This document shows positions 28,584 to 38,839 of a stretch of DNA of 64,000 nt, in pieces (the stretch's first letter is position 1; every line of letters begins with the position of its first letter). This stretch comes from a virus. Position numbers and translations under genes: made by a program. The DNA is taken from positions 1-64,000 of IMG/VR virus record IMGVR_UViG_3300027736_000026. One strand, given 5' to 3'. A model generated the notes under the pieces. It was given only the letters and a program-made list of their open reading frames with translations, was not told the origin of the DNA and did not search any database.

Positions 28584-29282
28584 TTACATTATATTCGAAA
28601 CCACTGCTTTTAGAATAGGATGTTTAGCATTTTCTCCTTCGTATCCACTGATTTTGATTTCTGGATCTGAGATGTAACCGCATCCTAATTTTTCCATAGA
28701 CACAGAGAGTAGCTCTCCTTTTGATCCTCTAATAGCATTAGCAGCCGCTACCAATCCATAGTTGTAATCAGTCTCTTCAGGAGGAGAGATAGTAACGCAA
28801 GGAACAGGCTCTGAGCATCCGTAACCGGGGTCAATGATTTCTATGTCTACTATATTGTAAAATGCGTTAAACTTATGGATCTTTTCGCAATCATGAACGT
28901 GATGCATTTCTGTTCTGCAAGAGAGTTCCCTTAAAAAGTTTTTGTTCTTTTTAATGACTTGGGTTTGTCTGTTGTTCGTAGACTCAAGAGATATAAGAAA
29001 GTCTATATCAAGTTTCTTCAACAAGGCGTTTCTTTTAATCGTTATGTCTTTGACTTTTTTATTAATGAGATTTTCTTTTTTCCAAATTGAACTGCCGTCA
29101 GGTAAATACTTTCTGTCCTCTAGCGTGTTTTGATCGATGTGCTTATCTAATGGTACTATATAATCAATAAGGTCATAATTTAGACCTGCTAGATGCAAGT
29201 TGTCTAAGTTATTCATTAGATCGAAAGAGGTATGCAAGTATTGATAGCTGCCGTTAATAAAGTAAATAATATAGTATTTCAT
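28584..29282 (-). CDS. Hypothetical tail-associated protein, possible fibre assembly chaperone-like domain
   Basis: KRNALLKKLDIDF...KNFLREL segment, then a DPGYG...GCGYISDPEI module. Confidence 0.5.
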   Translation of the reverse strand: MKYYIIYFINGSYQYLHTSFDLMNNLDNLHLAGLNYDLIDYIVPLDKHIDQNTLEDRKYLPDGSSIWKKENLINKKVKDITIKRNALLKKLDIDFLISLESTNNRQTQVIKKNKNFLRELSCRTEMHHVHDCEKIHKFNAFYNIVDIEIIDPGYGCSEPVPCVTISPPEETDYNYGLVAAANAIRGSKGELLSVSMEKLGCGYISDPEIKISGYEGENAKHPILKAVVSNIM

Positions 29283-29285
29283 TTT

Positions 29286-32200
29286 TTAGTAAGTTATTAC
29301 TATTGATAATTCTAATGTTTGGATGTGGAAGTTGTATTTAGGAATTGAGCCTCCTAAAGCATTTTTTGCTGATAAATGTGCAAAAGCTAAATTCTTTGGA
29401 TCTTTAAATCTCCAGAAATTTGAATTCGTTATAGAGGCCGAAGTATTATAAGAGTTGGCATAAGTGTAGTAATTGTTAAATTTTAAACTTGTTAGAGTCA
29501 CTCTGATTTCGTTGTAATTACCTTTTTCTATTGTCGTTTTATTTACTGAGCTTTCAATTAGATCTTCTCCATTAAAGCAATATACTTTTATTGGTTTAGT
29601 TTCCTTTATGTTATCAGTAATAGTTAATGATACAGATATACTGTCTTCCTCCAGAACAGGGACTCCTGCATAGAAAAGGCTATTCAATGCAGGTATTTGA
29701 AATTGACTACTGACAGCATCTCCGTTTAAACTATAAACAGTAAATTGTTTTGGAGAATTCCCTATGTTGCAAATAATATTTTTAGGGAGAAGGCCAAGTT
29801 CGTTCCAGTTATTTTCAGGAGTCAGATTAATGACATTAAAAGAAGAATTAAAAAGATTATTAGTAATTGCACTATCAAATATAGTTTTAGAACTAGCTTC
29901 TGTATTTGAATTTGTAGATGTCACAGCTATATTATTAAAGATGGGGGAGTAATCGGTAATTTTACTCTTTATATCTCCAGATAAGTCGCTTAATCTAATA
30001 ATAGAAATATCAAATACTTCTTGCCCATTTTTGCCAAATAAACTATCCTGCGTAATTGTACTTCTAAGTTTGTAGATGTTTGGGCTGTTTCCTTCTGAAT
30101 TTATTCCTTGAATTAGCTTAGGAGAGGCAGAGGTGTCTGTATTTTGTATCAAAGCTCTTGTAAAAATTTTATTACCATTTAATACATACGCTCTTGCGCT
30201 TTGAGGAATAACAGGAGAAATTGGAGAGTTGGAAATGTTGTCTCTATTTTGTAAAGAGAGCTTGTAATAAGCCATAGTCCCATTTGGATCTGTAGATACA
30301 ATTCTATTGTCTTGAGTTACTAAATTTGTATCTAAAGTAGGCTTATAAATTACGCTTCTTCTGCTTATTGTATAATTAGGCAAAACAGACGTAGCGGCTA
30401 CGGAAGTGTCAAAAATATTTTCAATCATTATCGTTTTATTCAAAGAAAAATGAAGATATTTTCCACTAGATTCCTTAAGTACTGTTTCCAAAGAAGAGAT
30501 TACAGTCGGGTCTGCTATTTTCTTTATATCAATTGGATCGCTTATTTGTGGATAAATTTTGCCAACCGTTTCATTTTTATCAATGAATGAAGAGTAGTAA
30601 TCTAATATTTCTCTTGCAGCATTTAAGTCTGCGGCTTTCCATGCTTCCATCAAGGAGTCTTGTGCTATTAAATAAGCTTTATAAGAAGTAGAAGAAAAAG
30701 ATTTACCGTTGTCATCGACTTTTTGATCAAAACGAAATTCTGATTGAGTATTTGTAAAAGACACAAAATGAGAATCTATGATTTCGTTTCCAGAAGAATT
30801 TCTAATAGAGAATGGAATACGATTTTTATAAATTATTGTGTTGATTCCAAATTGAAATTTTTGATCAATAGGAATTAATAATATATAAAATTTATTGACA
30901 AAAGCATTTGATGAGCTTTGATTAATTGATATCTTAATTGAGTTTTCGCCGTTCTGAGTTGTTAAAGTAAAAGAGTTGCCCGTGTCAAGGAGTATCGTAT
31001 TTAAAAGATTTACTAATGAAGATTCTTCGTTGTCGTAAGTTAGTAACAAAAATCCATCTGAGTTAACAAAATCATTTGAGGTAGATGAAAGTGTATCAGT
31101 TGAAGCGCTAGCTTTATCAATCGCTATAGAAAAGCTTCTGTATCTTGCTAATGTTTTTGAAGTTTCATAAGAATAAAATCCTCTTGAGTCATACGTCTTA
31201 TCTTCAAAGATGTAATCGTTTGGGCTGCTTGAATTTTGATACTTAGAAAAGCTTGAAATAAATGCTTGTTTTGTTTCTACTTTCTCTGGAATTACTTTAA
31301 TTCTATAAGGGAATTTATCGTCTGTAAATTTAGTAAGATTAGAAATAAAATCTAATGGTATATTTATGCTTAAAGAGTTTATAGGAGTTACAGAAGATAT
31401 ATTTGTGGGAGAATCATTTTTAAAATAGTTTGATCTTGTTTGAGCAATAGGAGAGATAAATCCATAGACTTTATTATCAGATAAAGATATAGAAGAATTT
31501 TTATTTACATCGTTGTAGCTAATATTTAAGTTAGAGCTTACAGATGAGCTAGATGTGTCAGAAGCATCTTGTCCGAGAGTGTAAGATAATGTACATTCAT
31601 TATTAATATTCACTCCGTATACTCTCATGGTCCCGCCGCCATTTGGTGGAGTTATGTTTATGTTCACAAATGATTCATAAAGATCAATAGCTACAAAAGA
31701 AAAAACTGTATATTTATTAGGATCGAAAGATGCATCGTAATTTTGTACAATAAATACTTTGAATGCAATAGTATTTGTTTTAATTGAGGAATCATAAGAA
31801 ATAGAAACGTCTAAAGAATTATTAGGCAAAGGATTGAATATAACTTTTGAAGGCACAGAGGCTCCTCCAGCGGAAGGTTTAGTTGGAGTGATGTTTAAAC
31901 CAGATTCTATTTGAGTATATTTCAAATTATACATTTGAGAACCCATAACTGTATAGTCCGCGCCTTCAGTAGATTCTTGAATCCTAAAGACTCTATAAAA
32001 GTCATAATCGCTATCAGTAGATCCATTTAAATTTCCTGAATTTTCTAAAGCCCAAGTAATTGATTTTGGAGACATCCCTGATGCTCCAGTAAAATAAGAT
32101 AGTCCAGTTACGTTTAATCCAGAAGCCATTACTGGCGCTAATCCAGTAATCCTAATAGAATCATAATATTGACCAGTGATTAAGTTGCCGCTTCCTATAA

Positions 32201-35200
32201 TAAAAGAATTAGTTAATGGTTTCCTGTATTCATTATAATCGTTACTTGTTGTAACTGCTCCATTAATACTAGGATCTAAATTGTATTTAGGAGAAAGGAT
32301 AGTTAGCTTATAGTTTTGTCCTCCAGAAAAATTGAAATCAAGTTTTCGATCTAAAGTTAATGTCCCAGTGGTAACGTTTGCATCTCCAGAAATGTCAATA
32401 TAATTTAAGCGTCCGCCTACTGTTTTATATTTTTTATTGTAATCATGGACTTTAATTACGTCTCCGGGTTTTAGATAGACGCACTCTGGACCTGCTTCAA
32501 AAGAAACGGTTTCTGTTTCATTATATTCTGAGGCCAATAACCATCTGCCTAATCTTTGAGCTTGCCCTCTGCTTGTACATCCAAAAGCGGTTAATTCAGT
32601 TTCTTTAAACCCAAATTTCCTAACTGCTTCTATGTTCTCTACATATTCTACTGCTGGCTTATAAAGGTTATTCTTGTCAACGTATCTAACGTAAACAGCA
32701 GAATTCCTATCTTTTAGAGAAGTAGATTCATAATTAAAATTACCATCTATAACATTAGAATTTGTAAACGAATAAACAGGGGTCTCTTCTGGCATGTCAT
32801 TTATTGCATAAATAAATCCATTAGAATAATAAAACATACCTCTAAATATCGAAGCCATATCAGCCAATACTTTAAGAGCATCTTCTTGAGATTGGATATA
32901 AAGATTACAAGAGAATCTTGGCTCTACTCCTCCAAATCCGTCAGATACCAATTGATCGCAGTATTTCGCTATTTGATATAAAGACCACTTGTCTACATCA
33001 GTAGTCGTTACATGATTTCCTGCGCCATATCTCTTGTTGGTCAAAAGGTCAAAGAAGCACCAAGCTGGATTATCAGTCCATTCTTTGTTTGTTTTAAAAG
33101 TGCCATCCCAATAATCGCTTGAAGTCTCATAAGGGGTTACTCCTTGTGGGGCGTATATGATTTGTTTCTTTGGTAGGCCTTCTGTAAAAATAGTTTTTGT
33201 ATAAGCTTTGCTAAGTGACGCTCTATCGAATTCTATTTGGTTTACTCTAATAGAGTCTGCATTTCCTAGTATTTTACCACCAAAAGAAGTGGCGCTTTTG
33301 TCTGTAAATATTTCTATTTGAGAATTATTGTTAATAAAAGAAGCAGGGATGAATGGGCCAGACTTTAATCCATCAGTGTAATTTGGCGCAGTGCCAAAGA
33401 GATAGATTTCATCTTGCCTTACTGGTAAAAGTACGCTGCTTTGCGTGGAGGATAAAGTTATGTTATTAGAGTCGAAAGTAGCGTCTACATCTTTTTTATT
33501 GTATGCTTCTAATGATTGATTTAAGCCTATTATATTGTAAACAAATATAGACATATTTCTAGAATAATTGTAAGTGGAATTATATACGCATATTGCATAT
33601 CCGGGTATGAGAGTAGGGACGTTCGGAGCTATAACCATTGGTCTAACATTGTGACCTACACAAAGTGTCTGATAAGCTTCATAGTCAGCAATATTAATAT
33701 TACATCTTATTTGAGTGTTAAAATCAGTTAAAATATTAATCTCTGCATTTAAAATATCAGGAAAAAAATCGTTAGCAGGGATGCGATCAAAATTTACGCT
33801 ACTTGCTACCGCATTAAGAGAACTTGTAAAAAATTGCATGCCGATAGTTTTCATGCATGTATTAGGAAGATTAGATACTTCGCCATAAGTATCATCTTCT
33901 CTAAAGGTAATATTTGAGACTAAAGATACTGGATCGTATCGTTTTCCATTAAAAAATCCATACTTAGTCGCAATTTCATAAAGTTTATTAGTGCTAATGC
34001 CATTTTGAGAAACTTCAGCCGCTCCGGGTTTGAAATTAATAGTAGGTTTTACTAATTTTGGAAGGATATAAATGCTAAAACGTTTAAAATCATTTTTCAA
34101 CACTGCCGGAGAATAATTAGTAGTATCTAGTAATTTTGTTATTGTGTAGTTTTTATTTGGAGTAATGATAGTAAGAATAAGAGAAGCTTGAGCGCCAAGT
34201 AGTTTAATAGAAAGATTAAATTGATTATCTCTATGTATTAAAGAATATGTGCCATCAACAATATCTGATTTTAATTTTAAGAAAAAGTCGCAATAAAAAC
34301 TACAAAATCCTTGTTCTCTTAAATAAAATTTTCTATCAGAATTTGTTCCGTCCCAATATCTTTGAGGAATTAAATCGAATTGATATGAGTCAGCAGATTG
34401 CCCTTCTGTGCTGTATCCTTTGCTCTTTTGGCCATTTGCACAAATAGTCTTTAAAGGCACTTTCAAATAAGTAGTTGCTCCTACTGTTAAAGAATTGTCA
34501 TTAAGATATTTCGTTGAAGTTGAATAAGTAGTGGCACTATTTTTTGTTACATTCCATTTGTTATTTAACCAGTTCCTTACTTTAATTGCTTCTGTTTTCG
34601 ATAAAGCTCTATTGTAAATTAGAATTTCAAAAACAGTACAATCGCTAGGTTCTCTAACGTTTATAGCTAATCCTTGTGGTGCAGTTGATTTAAAAGTTGG
34701 TTTGGCATAATAAATAGAATTTTGCCAAAATATATTTACATCTTTGGTATCTCTAATCACTGCGCCAGCAATATAAGTATTAGAATCACTTGAAGTGAGC
34801 CAGTAATTTGAAGAATTGAAATTGCCATCGTTGTTGCCCATTGGGCCATAAACCCAAGACCCGAAAAGGAAAGCTTTATTGTAATTACCCCAGTTTCCGA
34901 GCGTCCAGTTGGTGTTAGTATATCCTTGTAAAATTCTCTTTCTTGTGCCAGAAGTTGATGAAGCGCCCCATTTAGACACTACAAAAATAGTGCAGTTGCC
35001 GTTTGCATCAGCAAAAAATTTATCTCCATCTAAAAAAGTAGCAGTTTGAGCGCTGGTAAAACTTACTCCAAAAGAACCATTTGGACTGGTCTCCCCAGCT
35101 TTGCCATAAGTGGGCTTGCTCGCTGATAAAGTGCAAGTCAAATTGCCAGCAACTCTATTTGCCCATGCAGTTACTGGTGTGGTCGCTCCACCATTTGTTG

Positions 35201-36614
35201 TATTCCCTGCATCAAATTGACCAATCAATTCTGCTGTAATAGGGGGGTTGATATTATCTGAATTGGTATAAGCATTATTTTCTCCGACGTAATAATCTAT
35301 AATTTCTGGCTTTATAGTTTGGGAGTAAGAGATCGTTTGATTAATTGTTAAAGTATTCGTTTCTCCATAAGTTTTAGTAAGAGGGTCATAGTTTTGAGGG
35401 ACTTTAACTTTTAACAGCTTTACGTCGTAAGTCCTTTCCGGTATTTTTGAAAAGTACGCAGCATTAAATCTAGAAGTTATGATTGCAGAATTTGGATATC
35501 GGAAAGAAGAAGAATATATTTCAGTAATGCTTTCTAAGCTGATAAACGAACTTCTTGAAGAGAATGTATCTTCTGGGGTGATTTTTATAATCGAAACATC
35601 CCAACCTAACCAGTTTTCGTTTTGATTTAAAGCAGAAAAAGAACTAGACATATCAAGCGTAATTTGTTTTACATAGCCTTGAGTGACTTTGCCTTTACAT
35701 TCCACCTCTATAAATAAAGGTAATTGCATGGCATCTTGCTGTACTATTATTAAATTTTTATCATCGTTTATTACTTTAGGGGTCGAAGACACCATGTCTA
35801 AACTAGGGAGACCGGAATTCGCTCCTTCTTTATATATTGGAGTTGCTCTAATTCTGATTTTAAATTTATTATAAATTACAGATCCTACGCCAGCCTTAAT
35901 TGTAGATTGATTATTTTCTGCTTGGCGGTCAGTAGAGCTAAGTTTAAAAGTGTTGTCTGTCGTGTCTACTCCTGCTACGCCATCAATAGTTATTTTATTG
36001 TCAACAATTGCTTTGCCGTCTTGGTATTTTAAACTTATATATAAGCTAGACACTCTAAAGCTTAGGCTAATTTTTCTACATTCTTTATTTAGTATCCGAT
36101 ATGTCCTTTGATAATCAGAGACTTCGTCTTCGGTTAATGCTAGTTGATTTGGCCCTCTTAGTCTTTCTCCAACAGATCTTATATAAGAAACGTTATCGAA
36201 CCCTCCGCCTAACGCTGTTCCCGCTGGTTCACCTTTTGTTACATTAACATCTATTTGTTGAAAGTTGTACTTATCTTGAGTATCTAATAAGGGGTTTGCG
36301 TTCCATTGGATGGATCGTAAATACTTAGATTCAGTAGTGTCTCCAACAACTAAAGGGTATTCGTTATAAACAATTTCAGTAAAACCTAAATCTCCAACTC
36401 TTCCTTTATAAAGATATTGTCCTTCAACTAAACCTTCAATTGGCCCTTCTGACAATAGATCTTTTACTTTGGCAAACTGATAGACGTTATAGCTTTGGCC
36501 TCCATAAACAAACCCCTCTAAGTCTTCATAAGCAGCAGTCGGTTGCGCTGCTTGAGAGCCTCCCCCTTTTCCTCCAAAGCCTTTTATGTATTTAAAATCT
36601 TCAAGATTGTTCAT
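29286..36614 (-). CDS. Tail tip / host specificity protein, lambda gpJ (TipJ)-like
   Basis: DLLSEGPIEGLV, YPNSA, KVKVPQNYDP...WDGTFK...WTDNPAWCFFDLLTNKRYGAG, DKWSLYQIAKYCDQLVSDGFGGVEPRFSCN, AFGCTSRGQAQRLGRW, PGDVIKVHD. Confidence 0.93.
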   Translation of the reverse strand: MNNLEDFKYIKGFGGKGGGSQAAQPTAAYEDLEGFVYGGQSYNVYQFAKVKDLLSEGPIEGLVEGQYLYKGRVGDLGFTEIVYNEYPLVVGDTTESKYLRSIQWNANPLLDTQDKYNFQQIDVNVTKGEPAGTALGGGFDNVSYIRSVGERLRGPNQLALTEDEVSDYQRTYRILNKECRKISLSFRVSSLYISLKYQDGKAIVDNKITIDGVAGVDTTDNTFKLSSTDRQAENNQSTIKAGVGSVIYNKFKIRIRATPIYKEGANSGLPSLDMVSSTPKVINDDKNLIIVQQDAMQLPLFIEVECKGKVTQGYVKQITLDMSSSFSALNQNENWLGWDVSIIKITPEDTFSSRSSFISLESITEIYSSSFRYPNSAIITSRFNAAYFSKIPERTYDVKLLKVKVPQNYDPLTKTYGETNTLTINQTISYSQTIKPEIIDYYVGENNAYTNSDNINPPITAELIGQFDAGNTTNGGATTPVTAWANRVAGNLTCTLSASKPTYGKAGETSPNGSFGVSFTSAQTATFLDGDKFFADANGNCTIFVVSKWGASSTSGTRKRILQGYTNTNWTLGNWGNYNKAFLFGSWVYGPMGNNDGNFNSSNYWLTSSDSNTYIAGAVIRDTKDVNIFWQNSIYYAKPTFKSTAPQGLAINVREPSDCTVFEILIYNRALSKTEAIKVRNWLNNKWNVTKNSATTYSTSTKYLNDNSLTVGATTYLKVPLKTICANGQKSKGYSTEGQSADSYQFDLIPQRYWDGTNSDRKFYLREQGFCSFYCDFFLKLKSDIVDGTYSLIHRDNQFNLSIKLLGAQASLILTIITPNKNYTITKLLDTTNYSPAVLKNDFKRFSIYILPKLVKPTINFKPGAAEVSQNGISTNKLYEIATKYGFFNGKRYDPVSLVSNITFREDDTYGEVSNLPNTCMKTIGMQFFTSSLNAVASSVNFDRIPANDFFPDILNAEINILTDFNTQIRCNINIADYEAYQTLCVGHNVRPMVIAPNVPTLIPGYAICVYNSTYNYSRNMSIFVYNIIGLNQSLEAYNKKDVDATFDSNNITLSSTQSSVLLPVRQDEIYLFGTAPNYTDGLKSGPFIPASFINNNSQIEIFTDKSATSFGGKILGNADSIRVNQIEFDRASLSKAYTKTIFTEGLPKKQIIYAPQGVTPYETSSDYWDGTFKTNKEWTDNPAWCFFDLLTNKRYGAGNHVTTTDVDKWSLYQIAKYCDQLVSDGFGGVEPRFSCNLYIQSQEDALKVLADMASIFRGMFYYSNGFIYAINDMPEETPVYSFTNSNVIDGNFNYESTSLKDRNSAVYVRYVDKNNLYKPAVEYVENIEAVRKFGFKETELTAFGCTSRGQAQRLGRWLLASEYNETETVSFEAGPECVYLKPGDVIKVHDYNKKYKTVGGRLNYIDISGDANVTTGTLTLDRKLDFNFSGGQNYKLTILSPKYNLDPSINGAVTTSNDYNEYRKPLTNSFIIGSGNLITGQYYDSIRITGLAPVMASGLNVTGLSYFTGASGMSPKSITWALENSGNLNGSTDSDYDFYRVFRIQESTEGADYTVMGSQMYNLKYTQIESGLNITPTKPSAGGASVPSKVIFNPLPNNSLDVSISYDSSIKTNTIAFKVFIVQNYDASFDPNKYTVFSFVAIDLYESFVNINITPPNGGGTMRVYGVNINNECTLSYTLGQDASDTSSSSVSSNLNISYNDVNKNSSISLSDNKVYGFISPIAQTRSNYFKNDSPTNISSVTPINSLSINIPLDFISNLTKFTDDKFPYRIKVIPEKVETKQAFISSFSKYQNSSSPNDYIFEDKTYDSRGFYSYETSKTLARYRSFSIAIDKASASTDTLSSTSNDFVNSDGFLLLTYDNEESSLVNLLNTILLDTGNSFTLTTQNGENSIKISINQSSSNAFVNKFYILLIPIDQKFQFGINTIIYKNRIPFSIRNSSGNEIIDSHFVSFTNTQSEFRFDQKVDDNGKSFSSTSYKAYLIAQDSLMEAWKAADLNAAREILDYYSSFIDKNETVGKIYPQISDPIDIKKIADPTVISSLETVLKESSGKYLHFSLNKTIMIENIFDTSVAATSVLPNYTISRRSVIYKPTLDTNLVTQDNRIVSTDPNGTMAYYKLSLQNRDNISNSPISPVIPQSARAYVLNGNKIFTRALIQNTDTSASPKLIQGINSEGNSPNIYKLRSTITQDSLFGKNGQEVFDISIIRLSDLSGDIKSKITDYSPIFNNIAVTSTNSNTEASSKTIFDSAITNNLFNSSFNVINLTPENNWNELGLLPKNIICNIGNSPKQFTVYSLNGDAVSSQFQIPALNSLFYAGVPVLEEDSISVSLTITDNIKETKPIKVYCFNGEDLIESSVNKTTIEKGNYNEIRVTLTSLKFNNYYTYANSYNTSASITNSNFWRFKDPKNLAFAHLSAKNALGGSIPKYNFHIQTLELSIVITY

Positions 36615-36616
36615 TT

Positions 36617-37348
36617 TTATATATTATAAATTTCGTTTTTAACGTCTTTAGCGGTTGACTTAACATCAAGTTCAACATTATTCATTGATATCTCAACTGT
36701 TTGAGAGCCTATCCTCATCCTCCCATATCCAACTGGCACAGGGCCACCTTCTCCAAGAATGTTAGAAGGGCCATCAAATAAGTAGCTAGGTTTACCGCCT
36801 CCGTTATCTATTTTCCTAAAATCATCAAATTTTGGAGGAGACATCATCAATAAAGTGACACCAGTTACGGCCAAGCCAATGCCTGCTCCAATTAACGCAG
36901 CAGAAAGAACAGTGGCAGCAGTTGATGATGCAGCAATGCCCAACATAGCGACTCCTCCTGCGGCTCCAATGCCTGATGCAATTAATAAAACACCAAGCAC
37001 TAAAGCTAAAACTCCTTTTGTTGTGCTATCGCCACCACCGCCAGCACCTTTGATAATTGGAACAATGTCTAAAGTTTCTAATTTTTCATTAATCATTACT
37101 AATTCAGAATTGACAATAGACTCTGGCATTTCTAGAGAAATATTTTCTGGATTTATTATTTCTCTTTTATTGACTAGTACTTTATATTCTACGCTTTTTT
37201 CTGCGGCTCCAATTAGATATTTTAACAATTTACCCTTAGACAATACTTGAATAGCTCGTAAGGCTTCCTTTATGGAAGTTACGTTTAAGCTCCAATTCTC
37301 TCTGCCTACCTGTTCTGCTATTTCACCGTGTAAAGTTATGTTAGTCAT
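36617..37348 (-). CDS. Tail assembly protein, lambda gpI-like
   Basis: ITLHGEIAEQVG...EALRAI (ubiquitin-like N-terminus), IVPIIKGAGGG, hydrophobic segment, SYLFDG...GGPVPVGYGRMRIGS. Confidence 0.9.
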   Translation of the reverse strand: MTNITLHGEIAEQVGRENWSLNVTSIKEALRAIQVLSKGKLLKYLIGAAEKSVEYKVLVNKREIINPENISLEMPESIVNSELVMINEKLETLDIVPIIKGAGGGGDSTTKGVLALVLGVLLIASGIGAAGGVAMLGIAASSTAATVLSAALIGAGIGLAVTGVTLLMMSPPKFDDFRKIDNGGGKPSYLFDGPSNILGEGGPVPVGYGRMRIGSQTVEISMNNVELDVKSTAKDVKNEIYNI

Positions 37349-38087
37349 AGAGGTTGTTTCTCATTATATAAATTACCCATTTTTTATATCTATTAGAAAG
37401 TCTTTCGGTAATAGAGATTCCGTCTCCCGGATGATGTAAGATCGTGTCTTTACCTAAATAAACCGCACAATGAATAGGAAAATTGAATTTCTCTGTTCTC
37501 ATTATTAGGACATCGTTTTTCTTTAAGTCGTAAACCTGCCTAAAATTATTATACTCAAAATATTTTTTTAAATAATTGTCTTTATTTTTTAAAGATTCTG
37601 CTTCATCAATGAATCTTTTGCTCGCCATTTCATTAAATTCTTCTTCAGAAACATTACTTTTAAGAGCTTCTAATTCTGGGCAAAGATGGATGTTTAAATC
37701 ATGGCAGTAATAATCTTTTACTAGCCACAAGCAATCAGCAAACCCCAAAAGGAAAGGCCTTCCTGTGTACTGAATTTTATAACTATTTGGATTATAGATG
37801 TAGAAAGATCCGCTTTGCTTATTGTAAATAATACAGGCTAAACCAAGCCTTTCCGAAACAATCTTGTCCGCTTCTGAAATAGCATCAAAATTAATATGAG
37901 AATGATAATATGCAGCAATGCCAGACTGACCATTCAAATCCATCATGAACTCAGTAGCAGAATTAATTAGATTTTCTTTTTTTTCAATCGCTAATCCGCC
38001 ATCTGTGCGTACTAAAAATCCACACACTTCATTATTGGAAGTATTAGCGTGTTCAATGATCTGATTTTTTATTTCTTCTGTTAACAT
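37341..38087 (-). CDS. Tail assembly protein, lambda gpK-like (JAB/MPN + NlpC/P60), copy 2
   Basis: EVCGFL, YHSH...SEAD, YTGRPFLLGFADC, HCAVYLG...ILHH. Confidence 0.88.
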   Translation of the reverse strand: MLTEEIKNQIIEHANTSNNEVCGFLVRTDGGLAIEKKENLINSATEFMMDLNGQSGIAAYYHSHINFDAISEADKIVSERLGLACIIYNKQSGSFYIYNPNSYKIQYTGRPFLLGFADCLWLVKDYYCHDLNIHLCPELEALKSNVSEEEFNEMASKRFIDEAESLKNKDNYLKKYFEYNNFRQVYDLKKNDVLIMRTEKFNFPIHCAVYLGKDTILHHPGDGISITERLSNRYKKWVIYIMRNNLYD

Positions 38088-38839
38088 AATTCCTTGCTCC
38101 TTGCGAAACAGTATATTCTTCTTTTTTCTGCGTCTGTTAGTTTTTCAATAATTGATTTTTTATTTCTTGGCTGGTGTAAAATATAATTTTGTCCAAGGTA
38201 AATACCAAAGTGAGAAGGGTAATTCTCTAAATATTTAAATACTATAATGTCATGTTTCTTAGCGTTTTCTATGCCTTCGACTTTAATGAAATTCTCTTTT
38301 TCGAAAAACTTGTCAAAATTTTGTGATTCACAAAACTCTGCTAATTTATTTTTTACAAACTCTGGATAGTCTTTATCCCAATCTGCTGTTCTTCCATAAT
38401 GGAAAATCTTAATGCCAAATTCTTCATTGTAATAGTTTTCTACTATTGATAAGCAGTCAGATACCCCAATCACAAAGTCTTTATCAATGTATTTATTGTA
38501 GTAATTTTCTGGAGAATATTCTTCAAAAGAATCCCTTTTCAGTATATAAACTATGTTTTTTATGTTAAGCTTGTAGCTTATCTGCTTATCTAACTCTGAA
38601 AAAGAATTATCTTGTATACAATGAGAGTGATAAATACCAACAATTTTGCCATTCATTGCTGCTTTTAAGTAGTCTAGCTGACATACAACAAATTCATTTT
38701 CTTTATCTTGAGCGATATTCCTACAAGCGAAAGCCTCTAGTGCGTTCTTTTTATTTAAAAGCAAAAGGCCGCAACATTCATCTGGGTTTTCCTTTAATGA
38801 ATGCGCTTTTATTTTAGCTTTTATCTCATCTGAAATCAT
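38081..38839 (-). CDS. Tail assembly protein, lambda gpK-like (JAB/MPN + NlpC/P60), copy 1
   Basis: PDECCGLL, YHSH...SELD, GVSDCLSIV, HFGIYLG...ILHQ. Confidence 0.88.
   Translation of the reverse strand: MISDEIKAKIKAHSLKENPDECCGLLLLNKKNALEAFACRNIAQDKENEFVVCQLDYLKAAMNGKIVGIYHSHCIQDNSFSELDKQISYKLNIKNIVYILKRDSFEEYSPENYYNKYIDKDFVIGVSDCLSIVENYYNEEFGIKIFHYGRTADWDKDYPEFVKNKLAEFCESQNFDKFFEKENFIKVEGIENAKKHDIIVFKYLENYPSHFGIYLGQNYILHQPRNKKSIIEKLTDAEKRRIYCFARSKELC

Noticed and set aside
33114-35363. Intein as explanation for the gpJ insertion (also considered for the TMP cassettes, DnaE and DnaB)
   Set aside because: No N-terminal Cys/Ser with terminal His-Asn and no LAGLIDADG motifs were seen. The gpJ insert looks lectin-like.
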